The translations under genes and the position numbers were made by a program. A stretch of DNA of 64,000 nucleotides from an uncultured delta proteobacterium (lineage in GTDB: Bacteria; Desulfobacterota; WTBG01): contig CAWCBP010000001.1 of assembly GCA_963793865.1 (NCBI GenBank), forward strand, positions 128,001 to 192,000. The letters are read 5' to 3'. Under the pieces are notes generated by a model, which was not told the DNA's origin, made no database searches, and saw only the letters and a list, made by a program, of their open reading frames with translations. Numbering within the stretch: the first letter of the stretch is position 1; each line of letters starts with the position of its first letter. Below are positions 32,559 to 42,303 of the stretch, piece after piece.

Positions 32559-32849
32559 CTACCTGCCGCCGTGCCGGGCTATAATAAAATCGGCGCCGAG
32601 AGCGGTTTCCCGGTAATCAAGCCGGATGCCGGCGAGCCGTTTCGCCATATCCGGGCGGATGAGCAATACCGCGACACCGTTTTGAGCCGTTACCACCTGA
32701 TCCCCTTTTTTTGCCCTGTCGAGCACCAGCTCCAGGCGGTTGTGGTCGGGATGATTGGGCGTGACCCGCAGGGCCACCTCCGGTTCGGCGGTCTGCCGTC
32801 TCAAAACTTCCTGCAGCTTTTCCTTGGCCTTCGCAGTGACGGTGAGCAT
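32559..32849 (-). CDS. HesB/IscA-like small protein (lacks Cys ligands)
   Basis: MLTVT.KAKEKL, LELVLD...GDQV, L.GIRLDY pattern. Confidence 0.6.
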   Translation of the reverse strand: MLTVTAKAKEKLQEVLRRQTAEPEVALRVTPNHPDHNRLELVLDRAKKGDQVVTAQNGVAVLLIRPDMAKRLAGIRLDYRETALGADFIIARHGGR

Positions 32850-33081
32850 AGAGTCTCCTCCCTGAATGAAGTCTGACAGTCATACTATCGGCTCTGTGCG
32901 GGAAAACATGAGGGCTCTGTGTCAGCCTTTTTCTGATGCTCATAATGCGAACAATGATGAGATTCTTCGCTGCATGGCATGACACGTGAGAGACTCGGAA
33001 TGGCAGAATCATTTGGTTTGTCATCCCGAGTGAAACGAAGGATCTGATTTTTTTCCGGCATGAAAGTGAGAGGTGGGACGC

Positions 33082-33873
33082 ATGAGAATTGCAAGGTTTA
33101 AAACGGAGACAAAAACCGGTTATGGAATTTTTGAAGGGAGCGTTATCAAGGAAATTGAGGATGCGGCAACAGGTCATTTATCCGGGGGATTGCCATGCGA
33201 CCCTCATCATCTCACCTGTACCGGAAAACAATATCAACCGGAGGAGGTGACCCTGCTGGCACCGTGCCGGCCTTCAAAGGTCGTCGCCGTCGGGCTCAAC
33301 TACCGCTCGCATGCCGATGAAATCAAAATGCCGCTTCCGGATGAGCCGCTTCTGTTTCTCAAGCCTTCCACGGCGGTGATCGGCCCTGGTGACGCAATCA
33401 TCTATCCTTCCATGTCGCGACGGGTTGATTACGAAGCTGAACTCGGTGTCATAATAGGCGCGGTGGCAAAAAACGTCAGTGAGAAAGAAGCGCACCGATA
33501 CATCCGGGGATACACCTGTTTCAACGACGTCACCGCCCGTGATTTGCAGGGCAAGGACAAGCAGTTCACTCGCTCAAAAAGTTTTGATACCTTTGCTCCC
33601 ATGGGCCCCTGGATAGAAACGGAACTTGATCCCGGCAATGTCAGGGTTGAATCCTATCTGGGAGGCGTACGCAAACAGTCCGGCACCACCGCGGACTTGG
33701 TGTTTTCCGTGTATGAGCTGCTTTCATTTATTTCAAAGGTGATGACCCTGCTGCCGGGGGATGTGATTGCAACCGGGACGCCGTCAGGCATCGGACCCAT
33801 GCGGGTCGGCGATCACATCGAGATTGTTGTCGAGGGGATCGGCAGATTGAGCAATGTGGTTTCAGGCGCGTAA
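33082..33873 (+). CDS. Fumarylacetoacetate hydrolase family protein
   Basis: KVVAVGLNY..HA.E, LFLKP, DYEAELGVIIG, NDVTARD.Q, GDVIATGTPSG. Confidence 0.95.
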   Translation: MRIARFKTETKTGYGIFEGSVIKEIEDAATGHLSGGLPCDPHHLTCTGKQYQPEEVTLLAPCRPSKVVAVGLNYRSHADEIKMPLPDEPLLFLKPSTAVIGPGDAIIYPSMSRRVDYEAELGVIIGAVAKNVSEKEAHRYIRGYTCFNDVTARDLQGKDKQFTRSKSFDTFAPMGPWIETELDPGNVRVESYLGGVRKQSGTTADLVFSVYELLSFISKVMTLLPGDVIATGTPSGIGPMRVGDHIEIVVEGIGRLSNVVSGA

Positions 33874-34190
33874 GCAATCATTGTCCCTGCGGTGAACAAT
33901 GATCCGGTTTGTTGGTTCTTAATCTGATGCCGGAATAAATCTCATGGGGAGGGACGCGCTCTGTCGCGTCCGGATATTGCGTGCGTCCATGACAGAGCAT
34001 GTCCCTCCACGCGCCGAATCCCGTTACATGACGGAACTGTAATCTTACCAAACAAACCTCTCCTCTTCATTCCAAAGTCAATCCTGCCAGGTTCCTTATA
34101 ATCATCGACAGACAAACGAAAAGCGGACATTGCTGTTGCCCAACATAATGTATTAAAAGTAAAAAAAATACAATATATTGATTTTTTTTC

Positions 34191-34218
34191 TTGACAGATA
34201 AAACATTATTTATAATAT
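34191..34218 (+). promoter_or_regulatory. Putative sigma70 promoter (TTGACA-16-TAATAT) in an AT-rich region
   Basis: Perfect -35 preceded by AT-rich tracts; upstream of the RHH-ParA cluster. Confidence 0.45.
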
Positions 34219-34489
34219 ATAGAACTATAACCTAATGTATTATCGATTTTTTCAGGAGGGACTTGTTCTTAACCTAATTTAGCTCCGGCAAACCGTTGAG
34301 CGGTGATTCATCAAAATGTAGTATTTTCCGCTTGCCTGGATCAATATGCTGTATAAGCGCGGCTTAAGCGGTATTCAGTGATGAGCGGAACGGAGTTAAA
34401 TGCAACCGGTATGGTGAGGGGGTGATAATTTAAAAAAAGAATTTGAATGCTCAAAAGTTTATCGATAGAAAATTTAATGACGGGAGGAG

Positions 34490-34687
34490 GTGATTGCATT
34501 GGGAAATAAAGTACTGCGCAGTATTTATCTGGATGTGGCACAGGTGGAAAGAATCAAGCGGTTATCGGACATAACCAAGGTGCCGCAGGCGGTTTATGTC
34601 CGCGAGGGGCTTGATCTTCTGTTGCGCAAATATGAAGAGAAGATGGGTTCCGATGCCCAACAGTACGTGGCTGAAGAGCAGGCATAG
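34490..34687 (+). CDS. Ribbon-helix-helix DNA-binding protein (RHH_3 / CdbA-like)
   Basis: RSIYL...Q.ERIKRLS..TKVPQA.YVREGLDLLL.KY pattern; GGAGG RBS. Confidence 0.8.
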   Translation: MIALGNKVLRSIYLDVAQVERIKRLSDITKVPQAVYVREGLDLLLRKYEEKMGSDAQQYVAEEQA

Positions 34688-34856
34688 TTTGCAACTCTGC
34701 CGGGGTATGGTTTCATGGCAGCGGCAGGTGAACCGTGTTTATCCTGATGGTGCCATGACCATATCCTGAAGAGCAGCATGACAAAGGCTGGCCAGGATCG
34801 GCTAACAGCTATCTGCTTTAAAGGTGGCAGAGTGTCTGCAGGATAAGGAGGAGGGT

Positions 34857-35927
34857 ATGCGCACTATAGCCGTTGTTAATCAGAAGGGCGGCTGTGGTAA
34901 AACCACGACCGCAATCAGCCTTTCAGCCTTCCTGGCGTTACGCGACAGAAAAGTGCTCCTGGTTGATCTGGATCCGCAGTCCCACGCGTCAATCGGGCTG
35001 AATATCAAAGTGGAAGAACTGGAAAGGAGCGCGTATGACATCTTCGCCGGATCGGGGGAGGCGGGGATGGAAGATGTTATCGTGCCCATCCATAACCGGT
35101 TTGATCTTGTTCCCTCGCAGGTGGTATTGAGCGCAGTCGAACAGGAGCTTGCGGGAAGGTCCGGCCGTGAAAGCATCCTGTTAAAAAGCATCCGGGAGAT
35201 GCGGGGATCGTACGATTACCTGATCGTTGATTGTCCCCCCAACCTGGGCATGCTTACGGTCAATGCGTTGAGGGCCTGCAGTGAAGCACTCATACCCATC
35301 GATATGAGTGTTTTTTCTTTGCAGGGAGTTGCCCGGCTGCTGGAGCTGGTGGCGTTGCTCAAGGAACAATATGGACACGAGATTGCGTTCAAGGCAGTAG
35401 CCACCATGTGCGATACCCGCACCCGGTTTGCCGCCGAGCTGCTGGGAAACATGGAAACGTATTTTGGAGAACGGGTGTATAAAACCATCATTCATTCCAC
35501 GGTAAAAATGAGGGAGGCCGCCGGTTTTGGCCTGCCCATCACGGCCTATAACGCACGCTGCAGGGGTGCCGTGGATTATCAGGACCTGGCCGGTGAAGTC
35601 ATGGCCGATGAGAAAAAGCGTGCCAGGGTCAAGGCTGAGTCCCCTGCGCTGGGGCCGCAGCAGACCGAGCAGGGCGTGATCTTCAGCTACTACGACCCTG
35701 TTGCCCGGGATGTGCGGATTGCCGGTGATTTCAGTGACTGGAAGCCTCTCAGCAGTCAGCCGGTGAAGGGGGGAAAAGAGGGTGTCTGGAAGGTCAAGCT
35801 TTCCCTTAACCCCGGGAGGTACCAATATAAGTACATCGTTGACGGTCAGTGGATTATTGATCCCAACAACAGTGATGTGGAGACCAATGAAGCAGGGGTC
35901 AGCAACTCCGCGCTGCGGGTTTCCTGA
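34857..35927 (+). CDS. ParA/Soj-family ATPase fused to a C-terminal glycogen-binding CBM48/AMPK-beta-like (early-set) domain
   Basis: NQKGGCGKTT deviant Walker A, DLDPQ, IVDCPP; C-terminal V.IAGDFSDW...GVWKV.L.L.PGRYQYKYIVDGQW..DP.N. Confidence 0.9.
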   Translation: MRTIAVVNQKGGCGKTTTAISLSAFLALRDRKVLLVDLDPQSHASIGLNIKVEELERSAYDIFAGSGEAGMEDVIVPIHNRFDLVPSQVVLSAVEQELAGRSGRESILLKSIREMRGSYDYLIVDCPPNLGMLTVNALRACSEALIPIDMSVFSLQGVARLLELVALLKEQYGHEIAFKAVATMCDTRTRFAAELLGNMETYFGERVYKTIIHSTVKMREAAGFGLPITAYNARCRGAVDYQDLAGEVMADEKKRARVKAESPALGPQQTEQGVIFSYYDPVARDVRIAGDFSDWKPLSSQPVKGGKEGVWKVKLSLNPGRYQYKYIVDGQWIIDPNNSDVETNEAGVSNSALRVS

Positions 35928-36020
35928 GCAGGTGGTTTAAAAAGTAGGATTCTCCAGGCTGAAGTTGTTGCGATGCGAGATCATGGAATGCACAAACCGC
36001 CGGATGCCGGGGCATCGCGT

Positions 36021-36957
36021 ATGAAGCAGACACGAAAATTGGGCAGGGGCCTGGAAGATTTTTCCCACCTTTTTCTATCAGTGCCGGAGGCAGGAGTAAA
36101 ACCGGCCCCGGGGGAACCCGGGGCCGATCCGCCTGCGGACAGCGCTGTTACACCGCGCCCGCACATCGTGTGCATAGCGGGAGAAAGAGGGGCGGGTGAA
36201 AAAGCGTTTTTAACCGTGAGCCTGGCTGCCGCCTTTGCCGGACAGGGTAAGAAGGTGGTGGTGTTTGACGCCGATTTCAGTCTGCCCCGGCTGTGCATGC
36301 TGATGGAAGGTGTTCCACCCAATTCACTCCTGCCCCTGATAACCCATCAGGGCCCGGGGAAGAACGGGCTGAAGGAGCATGATGGTGTAACCCTGGTTAC
36401 CATCGATGCCGACATGGCATACTCTTGCCGCACTGGCGCCCGGTGAGCGGCGGCTGCTGATGGATGGCTTGAGCAAAAGTGTGGGAGGTGCCGGAGTTGT
36501 CCTGGTGATGACCTCCGGTGATTGTATCAGCCAGGCGGGGGGATTTATTCAGGCGGCGGATGACATCGTGGTCGTTGCTCCCCGGCCGGTTGCTGAAATG
36601 ATCAATGCCTACGGTTTGATCAAAAAAATCCTGCAGATTGATGAGCATGCGCGGGTGGGGATCGTGACCAGCAGGAGCACCCTTTTCCATCAGGCGGACG
36701 CGGTCTTTGAAAAGATGCAGCAGGTGGTGAAAAAATTTTTAAACAAGCCCCTGCTCAATCACGGATACCTTCCCGACGATCAGAACATAGACGGATTCCT
36801 GAAGCGCGTAAAACCGGCTTCTGAAGCGTGCCATGCTCCCGAAACCGCGCGGTGTCTTGATGCCATTGCGCAATCACTGCTGGCCGGGGGATTTGGAAAA
36901 GCGGCGGAACAGAAAATCGCACTGGTGGAAAACCTCTTCGCAGCGCCCCCGGCATAG
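36021..36957 (+). CDS. Degenerate MinD/FleN-like protein with N-terminal ParB-like KLGRGL peptide; frameshift near ~36417
   Basis: MKQTRKLGRGLEDFSHLFLS; degenerate P-loop AGERGAGEKA; VVVFDADFSLP; FleN-like AD.IVVV......NAYGLIK. Confidence 0.7.
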
Positions 36958-37095
36958 AGACTGTGTCATAATAGGGAGTATTGTCATTCCGAACGAACGT
37001 GAGGAATCTTATATAATTGATTTTGTTATCTTAGAAGATAGAAGATTTCTCGGATTCCCTCGAAATGACAATGTGGTGAATTGTGACACAGTGTC
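36957..37095. mobile_element. 139-bp MITE-like element with 16-bp TIRs enclosing a TGTCATTCCGAACG...CTCGAAATGACA palindrome
   Basis: GAGACTGTGTCATAAT ... ATTGTGACACAGTGTC (2 mismatches). Confidence 0.65.
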
Positions 37096-37143
37096 ATAGC
37101 GGAAAGAACATCAAACCCGGAGGTCCGGTAAGCTCGAGACGGC

Positions 37144-37722
37144 ATGACTATGAAGGTTACAAAGATCGAGGTGTTTACCAGGGAGGAAATAACCGCCCTG
37201 GTTGCCCAACAGCATAAGGCCCTCGACGAGGGTCTCCAGCTGATTGGAGAGCGCTTGGGGAAAAGAGGTGAGCCCGGGTGGGACCTTGCGGGAGTTGACG
37301 TCGAAGGAAGGCTGGCGCTCATTGCCGTGGAGGTGTTGACCGCCGACAAAATTCTTTCACAGCTCTTGAGCCGTCTGGATTGGGCATGGGAACATCTGGA
37401 TGCCATCGCCCGGATGTATCCGGCACATAAGATTGATTGCGACCGCCTGCCCCGGGTCTTTGTGGTGGCTCCTGACTTTTCACCCGCCTTGAAGAGGAGC
37501 ATGACCTACCTCAACTACCGGGTAAACATCAGCCTTTACATCTATCGCTATATTCAGACCGATGCCGGTAAGGGCCTGCTGATCGAGGGGCTGGCGAACA
37601 GGGTGAAATACGACAGGATTACCAAGGGGGACACCGGTAAGGTGAAGATTCTTCACGCGCCCGCCGCGGCCAGGGTCACCACCGAGGAGATTATGGCATT
37701 TCTGCAGGAAGGAGCACTCTGA
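37144..37722 (+). CDS. Hypothetical protein with NucS/DUF91-like PD-(D/E)XK-type fold (probably degenerate)
   Basis: LDEGLQLI, DLAGVD.EGRLALI.VE, PRVFVVAPDFS. Confidence 0.55.
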   Translation: MTMKVTKIEVFTREEITALVAQQHKALDEGLQLIGERLGKRGEPGWDLAGVDVEGRLALIAVEVLTADKILSQLLSRLDWAWEHLDAIARMYPAHKIDCDRLPRVFVVAPDFSPALKRSMTYLNYRVNISLYIYRYIQTDAGKGLLIEGLANRVKYDRITKGDTGKVKILHAPAAARVTTEEIMAFLQEGAL

Positions 37723-37791
37723 CAGGCTGCTGACCAACGCCCGCCCCCGGCGGAATATAATGCCTTCCCGCCATGAGGCCTCTTCAGTCGC

Positions 37792-38097
37792 TCAATCGAT
37801 TATCACAAGGCAGTTTTCTTCGCCGAAGGGATTTGCCACGTGCGATTCGCACTGCGGGTCGTTGTGCCATCTGCCGTCGACCAGAAAGCGGTATTCGTAG
37901 CGGCCGGGCGAGAGCTTGAGATTTATTTTCCATACCCCGTTAGAGGATTTCTTCAAAGGATTGACCTCGGGATTCCAGGCGTTAAAATCCCCCGCCAGCT
38001 GGACGCGCTGTGCGTCCGGCGCCATCAATGAAAAGGGCGCTTTTTTCATGACCTTTTTTCCTGTCGATGCAGTCTTTGCCTCTTTTTTTGCAGCCAT
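37792..38097 (-). CDS. Stand-alone glycogen-binding CBM48/isoamylase early-set domain protein with Lys-rich N-terminus
   Basis: APDAQRVQLAGDFNAW, GVWKI.L.LSPGRYEYRFLVDG.W.NDP, NPFG.ENC. Confidence 0.9.
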   Translation of the reverse strand: MAAKKEAKTASTGKKVMKKAPFSLMAPDAQRVQLAGDFNAWNPEVNPLKKSSNGVWKINLKLSPGRYEYRFLVDGRWHNDPQCESHVANPFGEENCLVIID

Positions 38098-38324
38098 AGT
38101 CTAACCCCCCATTTTCCTTTCTGCAGCACTGATGGTTACCGACATGTTGTGCACGAGCTAAACAAGCAGATCATAGCTCTATAATGGCGCCATTGTAACA
38201 ATTTGTCCGGGCATGTCAATACATTAATTGTCCGCCGGAAGCGTCCGCGATCCCGGGAAAAAGAAGGGCTGTGTTTTTGGTGCTTGACAAAAGATATTAT
38301 TTATGATGTTTTATCCCGATACTT

Positions 38325-39032
38325 ATGGAGAGGAAGCTGGTTATTACCATCGACGGCCCTTCCGGGGCCGGGAAAAGCACCCTGAGCAGGCTGCTTGCCG
38401 GGAAGCTGAAGTACACCTACATTGACAGCGGTGCCCTCTACCGCGCAGTTGCGCTGAAGGTTCAGCAGACCGGTGCCGACGCGGATGATGACGAAGCCCT
38501 CTCCCGTCTCTGCGCCAATCTTGCTGTTACCTTTCACCAGGAGGGGGACAGGTTAACGGTGATGCTGGACGGGGCGGATGTCACCGATGCCATCCGGGCG
38601 CCTGAAATAAGCATGCTCGCCTCCCGCGTGTCCGCCAGAAAAACGGTGCGCGATGCCCTGCTCGGCGTTCAAAGGAAGCTGGGAGAGAAAGGAGGCATCG
38701 TGGTGGAGGGGCGGGATATGGGCACGGTGGTTTTTCCCGACGCCGAGGTGAAGTTTTTTCTTGAGGCTTCCCTGGAGGCCAGGGGGGTGCGACGATTCCA
38801 TCAGTACCGGACGCAGGGCAGAGAGTATGATATTGCCGGCATAACCCGGGACATCGAGAAACGGGACAGCGATGACAGCCGGAGGGCGCTTTCTCCCTTG
38901 AAGCCCGCTGCTGACGCGCTGAGAATCGATTCAACCAACATGAGCATTGAAGAGGTTGCGGCAGAGATGCTGAAGGCAGTTGAGCGGCGTCTTTCCCCCT
39001 CTCCAAAATTAAGAACCGGGGGTATTAACTAA
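38325..39032 (+). CDS. cmk: Cytidylate kinase
   Basis: ITIDGPSGAGKST, DSGALYRA, EGRDMGTVVFPDA. Confidence 0.97.
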   Translation: MERKLVITIDGPSGAGKSTLSRLLAGKLKYTYIDSGALYRAVALKVQQTGADADDDEALSRLCANLAVTFHQEGDRLTVMLDGADVTDAIRAPEISMLASRVSARKTVRDALLGVQRKLGEKGGIVVEGRDMGTVVFPDAEVKFFLEASLEARGVRRFHQYRTQGREYDIAGITRDIEKRDSDDSRRALSPLKPAADALRIDSTNMSIEEVAAEMLKAVERRLSPSPKLRTGGIN

Positions 39033-40849
39033 TGGCAGAGTATGATGATGTTCGTTCCGAAGACAAGGTACAGGATGTGCAGGATGCAGGCGGAGAGGGC
39101 TCTTCCGGTGAAGGTCAGCAGGCGCTCGGCTTTCAGGAGATTCTGGATAGCACCATCAAGGATTTGAAGGAGGGGGAAATAGTCCAGGGTGAAATCATCC
39201 AGGTCACACAGGATCATGTCATCGTCGACGTGGGCTATAAGTCGGAGGGCCGGATTCCCATTGCCCAGTTCAAGGACCGGGAGGGGCATGTGACCGTCAA
39301 AGTGGGTGACAGCGTGCAGGTGTACCTGGAGCAGTGGGAAGATGATGACGGCGAGATCGTGCTCTCCAAGGACAAGGCCGATCAGCTGCGGGTGTGGGAA
39401 GAGATCAACAAGGTGATCGAGAAGGACGGGGTGATTGAGGGGAAAGTGAATGCCCTGATCAAAGGGGGGCTGGCGGTGGATATCGGCGTCCAGGCCTTTT
39501 TGCCCGGCTCCCAGGTTGATCTCCACCCGGTCAGGGATTTGAGCGTCCTCATCGGAAAGATCTTCAAGTTCAAGGTGCTCAAGTTCAACAAGAAGCGGGG
39601 CAACATTGTCCTCTCCCGCAGGGCGCTGCTGGAAAAAGAGCGGGAAAAATTGCGCAAGGAAACCATCAGCACCCTCAAGGAAGGCGATATTATTGAGGGC
39701 ATGGTCAAGAACATAACCGATTACGGCATCTTTGTGGACCTGGGGGGCATTGACGGGCTGCTCCATATCACCGACATATCCTGGGGGAGGGTGACCAATC
39801 CTTCGGAGCTGTTCAAGGTCGGGGAACGGATCAAGGTCAAGGTAATCAATTTTGACCGGGAAAATGAGCGGGTTTCGCTGGGGTACAAGCAGATCAGGCC
39901 GGACCCCTGGACGAAGGCCGAGGAGAAGTATCCGGTCGGAGCCAGGATCAAGGGCAGAATCGTGAACATCACCAACTACGGCGCCTTCATTGAGCTGGAG
40001 GAAGGTATCGAAGGGCTGATCCATATATCCGAGATGTCATGGATTAAAAAGATGAAGCATCCTTCCCAGCTTCTTTCCATCGGAGACATTGTGGAAGCGA
40101 TGGTGCTTGACCTGGATGTGCAGAGAAAGAGAATTTCTCTCAGCCTGAAGCAGCTGGAGCTCAACCCCTGGGTGATCATGGAGGAGAAATATCCGCCCGG
40201 CACGGTCATAGAGGGCAAGGTAAAAAATGTGACCGATTTCGGCATCTTCATCGGCTTTGATGAAGGCATCGACGGTCTGGTGCACATCTCCGACATCTCC
40301 TGGACGCAAAAGATCAAGCATCCCTCCGAGCTGTATAAAAAGGGGCAGGAGGTGCGGGCGGTGGTGTTGAGCATCGACAAGGAGAACGAGCGGTTCTCAC
40401 TGGGCATCAAGCAGCTGGAGAAGGATCCCTGGGAGGGCATAACCGAACGCTTCCAGAAAGGCCAGCAGGTCACGGGCACGGTTACCAACGTTACCAGCTT
40501 CGGGATTTTTCTGGAGCTGGGGGAAGGCATTGAGGGGCTGGTGCATGTTTCCGAGCTGGGAGAGATCAAGGTACAGGACGTCAAGTCGGGTGAAGCGCTT
40601 TCGGCCGTGGTCACCAACATTGACCGGAAGGGCAGGAAAATGAGCTTAAGCATCAAAGAGCTCAAGGACATGGCGGAAAAGCAAGACGTGGCGGCTTTTA
40701 TGGAAAGCCAGGGGAAAGGTGACTCATCCCTGGCCGCGCAGCTCAAGGAACAATGGGGATCATCGTCGTCGTATGAAAAGGGCGAAGATGCCTCACCGGC
40801 CGGTGATGCCGCCGCTCCGCCCGAACCGGAGCCGGATACAGAAACGTAG
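39032..40849 (+). CDS. rpsA: 30S ribosomal protein S1
   Basis: Repeated S1 domains (DVGYKSEG, AFLPGSQVD, DGLLHITD.SW, EGLIHISE). Confidence 0.97.
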   Translation: MAEYDDVRSEDKVQDVQDAGGEGSSGEGQQALGFQEILDSTIKDLKEGEIVQGEIIQVTQDHVIVDVGYKSEGRIPIAQFKDREGHVTVKVGDSVQVYLEQWEDDDGEIVLSKDKADQLRVWEEINKVIEKDGVIEGKVNALIKGGLAVDIGVQAFLPGSQVDLHPVRDLSVLIGKIFKFKVLKFNKKRGNIVLSRRALLEKEREKLRKETISTLKEGDIIEGMVKNITDYGIFVDLGGIDGLLHITDISWGRVTNPSELFKVGERIKVKVINFDRENERVSLGYKQIRPDPWTKAEEKYPVGARIKGRIVNITNYGAFIELEEGIEGLIHISEMSWIKKMKHPSQLLSIGDIVEAMVLDLDVQRKRISLSLKQLELNPWVIMEEKYPPGTVIEGKVKNVTDFGIFIGFDEGIDGLVHISDISWTQKIKHPSELYKKGQEVRAVVLSIDKENERFSLGIKQLEKDPWEGITERFQKGQQVTGTVTNVTSFGIFLELGEGIEGLVHVSELGEIKVQDVKSGEALSAVVTNIDRKGRKMSLSIKELKDMAEKQDVAAFMESQGKGDSSLAAQLKEQWGSSSSYEKGEDASPAGDAAAPPEPEPDTET

Positions 40850-40901
40850 AAAGGATCAGGGGCGAATGCCGCCGGCTGACCCCGGCCGTTCGCCGCACAC
40901 G

Positions 40902-41795
40902 ATGAAGCGTTATCCCCTCACAACCGCTTTTCTCATTCTGCTTTGCATATGCGCGGTTTTTTTCGCCCTGGTGCTCGCGCTGGGCTATTTTGGCGAGGAG
41001 TATCCCTACGGGCTGGGCGGAGAGAAGATCGGGGTTATAAAGATCGAGGGCACCATTGTCGAATCCGAATCCACCATTGAGAAAATTATAAATTACCGGA
41101 AGAGCAGCGGCATTAAAGCCATTATCCTGCGGATCAACTCTCCCGGGGGCGTGGTGGCGCCGCCCCAGGAGATATGCCAGGAGATAAGGAAGACCTCGCA
41201 GGAGAAGCCGGTCATCGCCTCAGTGGAGTCGGTCGCCGCGTCGGGAGGTTACTACATCGCCTGCGCGGCGGACATGATTGTGGCCAACCCGGGATCGCTG
41301 GTGGGAAGCATCGGGGTGATGATACCCATCGAGAACATCGAGGAGCTGCTGCAGAAGGTGGGCTTGAAAAGCAGGATCATCAAGAGCGGCAAGTACAAGG
41401 ACATCGGGTCCATGACCAGGCCCATGACCGCCGATGAGGAGGCCATTCTCCAGGAGCTGATCGATGACAGCTACAACCAGTTTGTCGACGCGGTGGCGGA
41501 AGGACGAAAGATGAAGCGGGAAGAGGTTTTGCGGCTTGCCGACGGCAGGATCTTTACCGGGGCACAGGCGTCAAAGCTGGGGTTAATCGATAAGCTGGGC
41601 AATCTTCAGGACGCCATTGACATAGCCGCCGGTCTGGTGGGCATTGAGGGGGAACCGCAGGTAGTCTATCCCAGGAAGGAACGGCGTTCCATCCTCGACT
41701 TTATCTTTGAAGAAGTGGCCGCGAGCGTTGCCCGCGTTGTAGAATCCGCACTCCGTGGAGCACTGACGGGTGCTTATGTCACTCCCGCCGGCTAA
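40902..41795 (+). CDS. sppA: Signal peptide peptidase SppA (36K type)
   Basis: RINSPGG, AASGGYYIA, GSIGV, KSGKYKD, ADGRIFTG. Confidence 0.95.
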   Translation: MKRYPLTTAFLILLCICAVFFALVLALGYFGEEYPYGLGGEKIGVIKIEGTIVESESTIEKIINYRKSSGIKAIILRINSPGGVVAPPQEICQEIRKTSQEKPVIASVESVAASGGYYIACAADMIVANPGSLVGSIGVMIPIENIEELLQKVGLKSRIIKSGKYKDIGSMTRPMTADEEAILQELIDDSYNQFVDAVAEGRKMKREEVLRLADGRIFTGAQASKLGLIDKLGNLQDAIDIAAGLVGIEGEPQVVYPRKERRSILDFIFEEVAASVARVVESALRGALTGAYVTPAG

Positions 41796-41936
41796 CCGGC
41801 GACTGATGGTAAAGCCCGCCGCACGTTCCCGCCCCCCGCTTTTTTCTCCTTAGTCCCCACGCTGAATATGACACCGGGTTGCGCCGGTCACATCTGATCC
41901 GTACATCCTGAATCTTACCTACAAGGAGGCAGCGCG

Positions 41937-42281
41937 ATGGCACATGAAGTGCAGGATTTCTACAAGGATTTTGCCCGGTCGATACAGGGTCTGTCCAAGG
42001 AGTCCCCCGACATGGTGAAGGCGTTCAAATCGCTCCATGATCAGGCAATGAAGCAGGGGATCCTGGGAACAAAGGAAAAGGAATTCATCGCCCTGGGCAT
42101 CGCGGTGGCGGGCCATTGCGTTCCCTGCATCCGCCTGCACACGCGGGCGGCGGTTGGCGCGGGCGCGAGCAGGGCGGAGATACTGGAAGCCGCATCGGTG
42201 GCGCTTCTCATGGGGGGCGGCCCTGCCTATACCCACATCCCGGTGGTGACGGAAACCCTCGATGCCATGGGCATTGAGTGA
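41937..42281 (+). CDS. Carboxymuconolactone decarboxylase / AhpD family protein
   Basis: KEKEFIALGIAV, CVPCI..H, EILEA, MGGGPA. Confidence 0.9.
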   Translation: MAHEVQDFYKDFARSIQGLSKESPDMVKAFKSLHDQAMKQGILGTKEKEFIALGIAVAGHCVPCIRLHTRAAVGAGASRAEILEAASVALLMGGGPAYTHIPVVTETLDAMGIE

Positions 42282-42303
42282 CAGCAGGAATGAAGGAGGA
42301 GCT

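Noticed and set aside
34285..34310. c-di-GMP-I riboswitch (GGCAAACC)
   Set aside because: Only the short motif matches; the GNRA-capped stem and downstream GCAAAG/P2 elements are not evident
34857..35927. Chromosomal parAB locus
   Set aside because: No ParB, no recognisable parS palindrome and no origin-region genes; the ParA has an extra CBM domain
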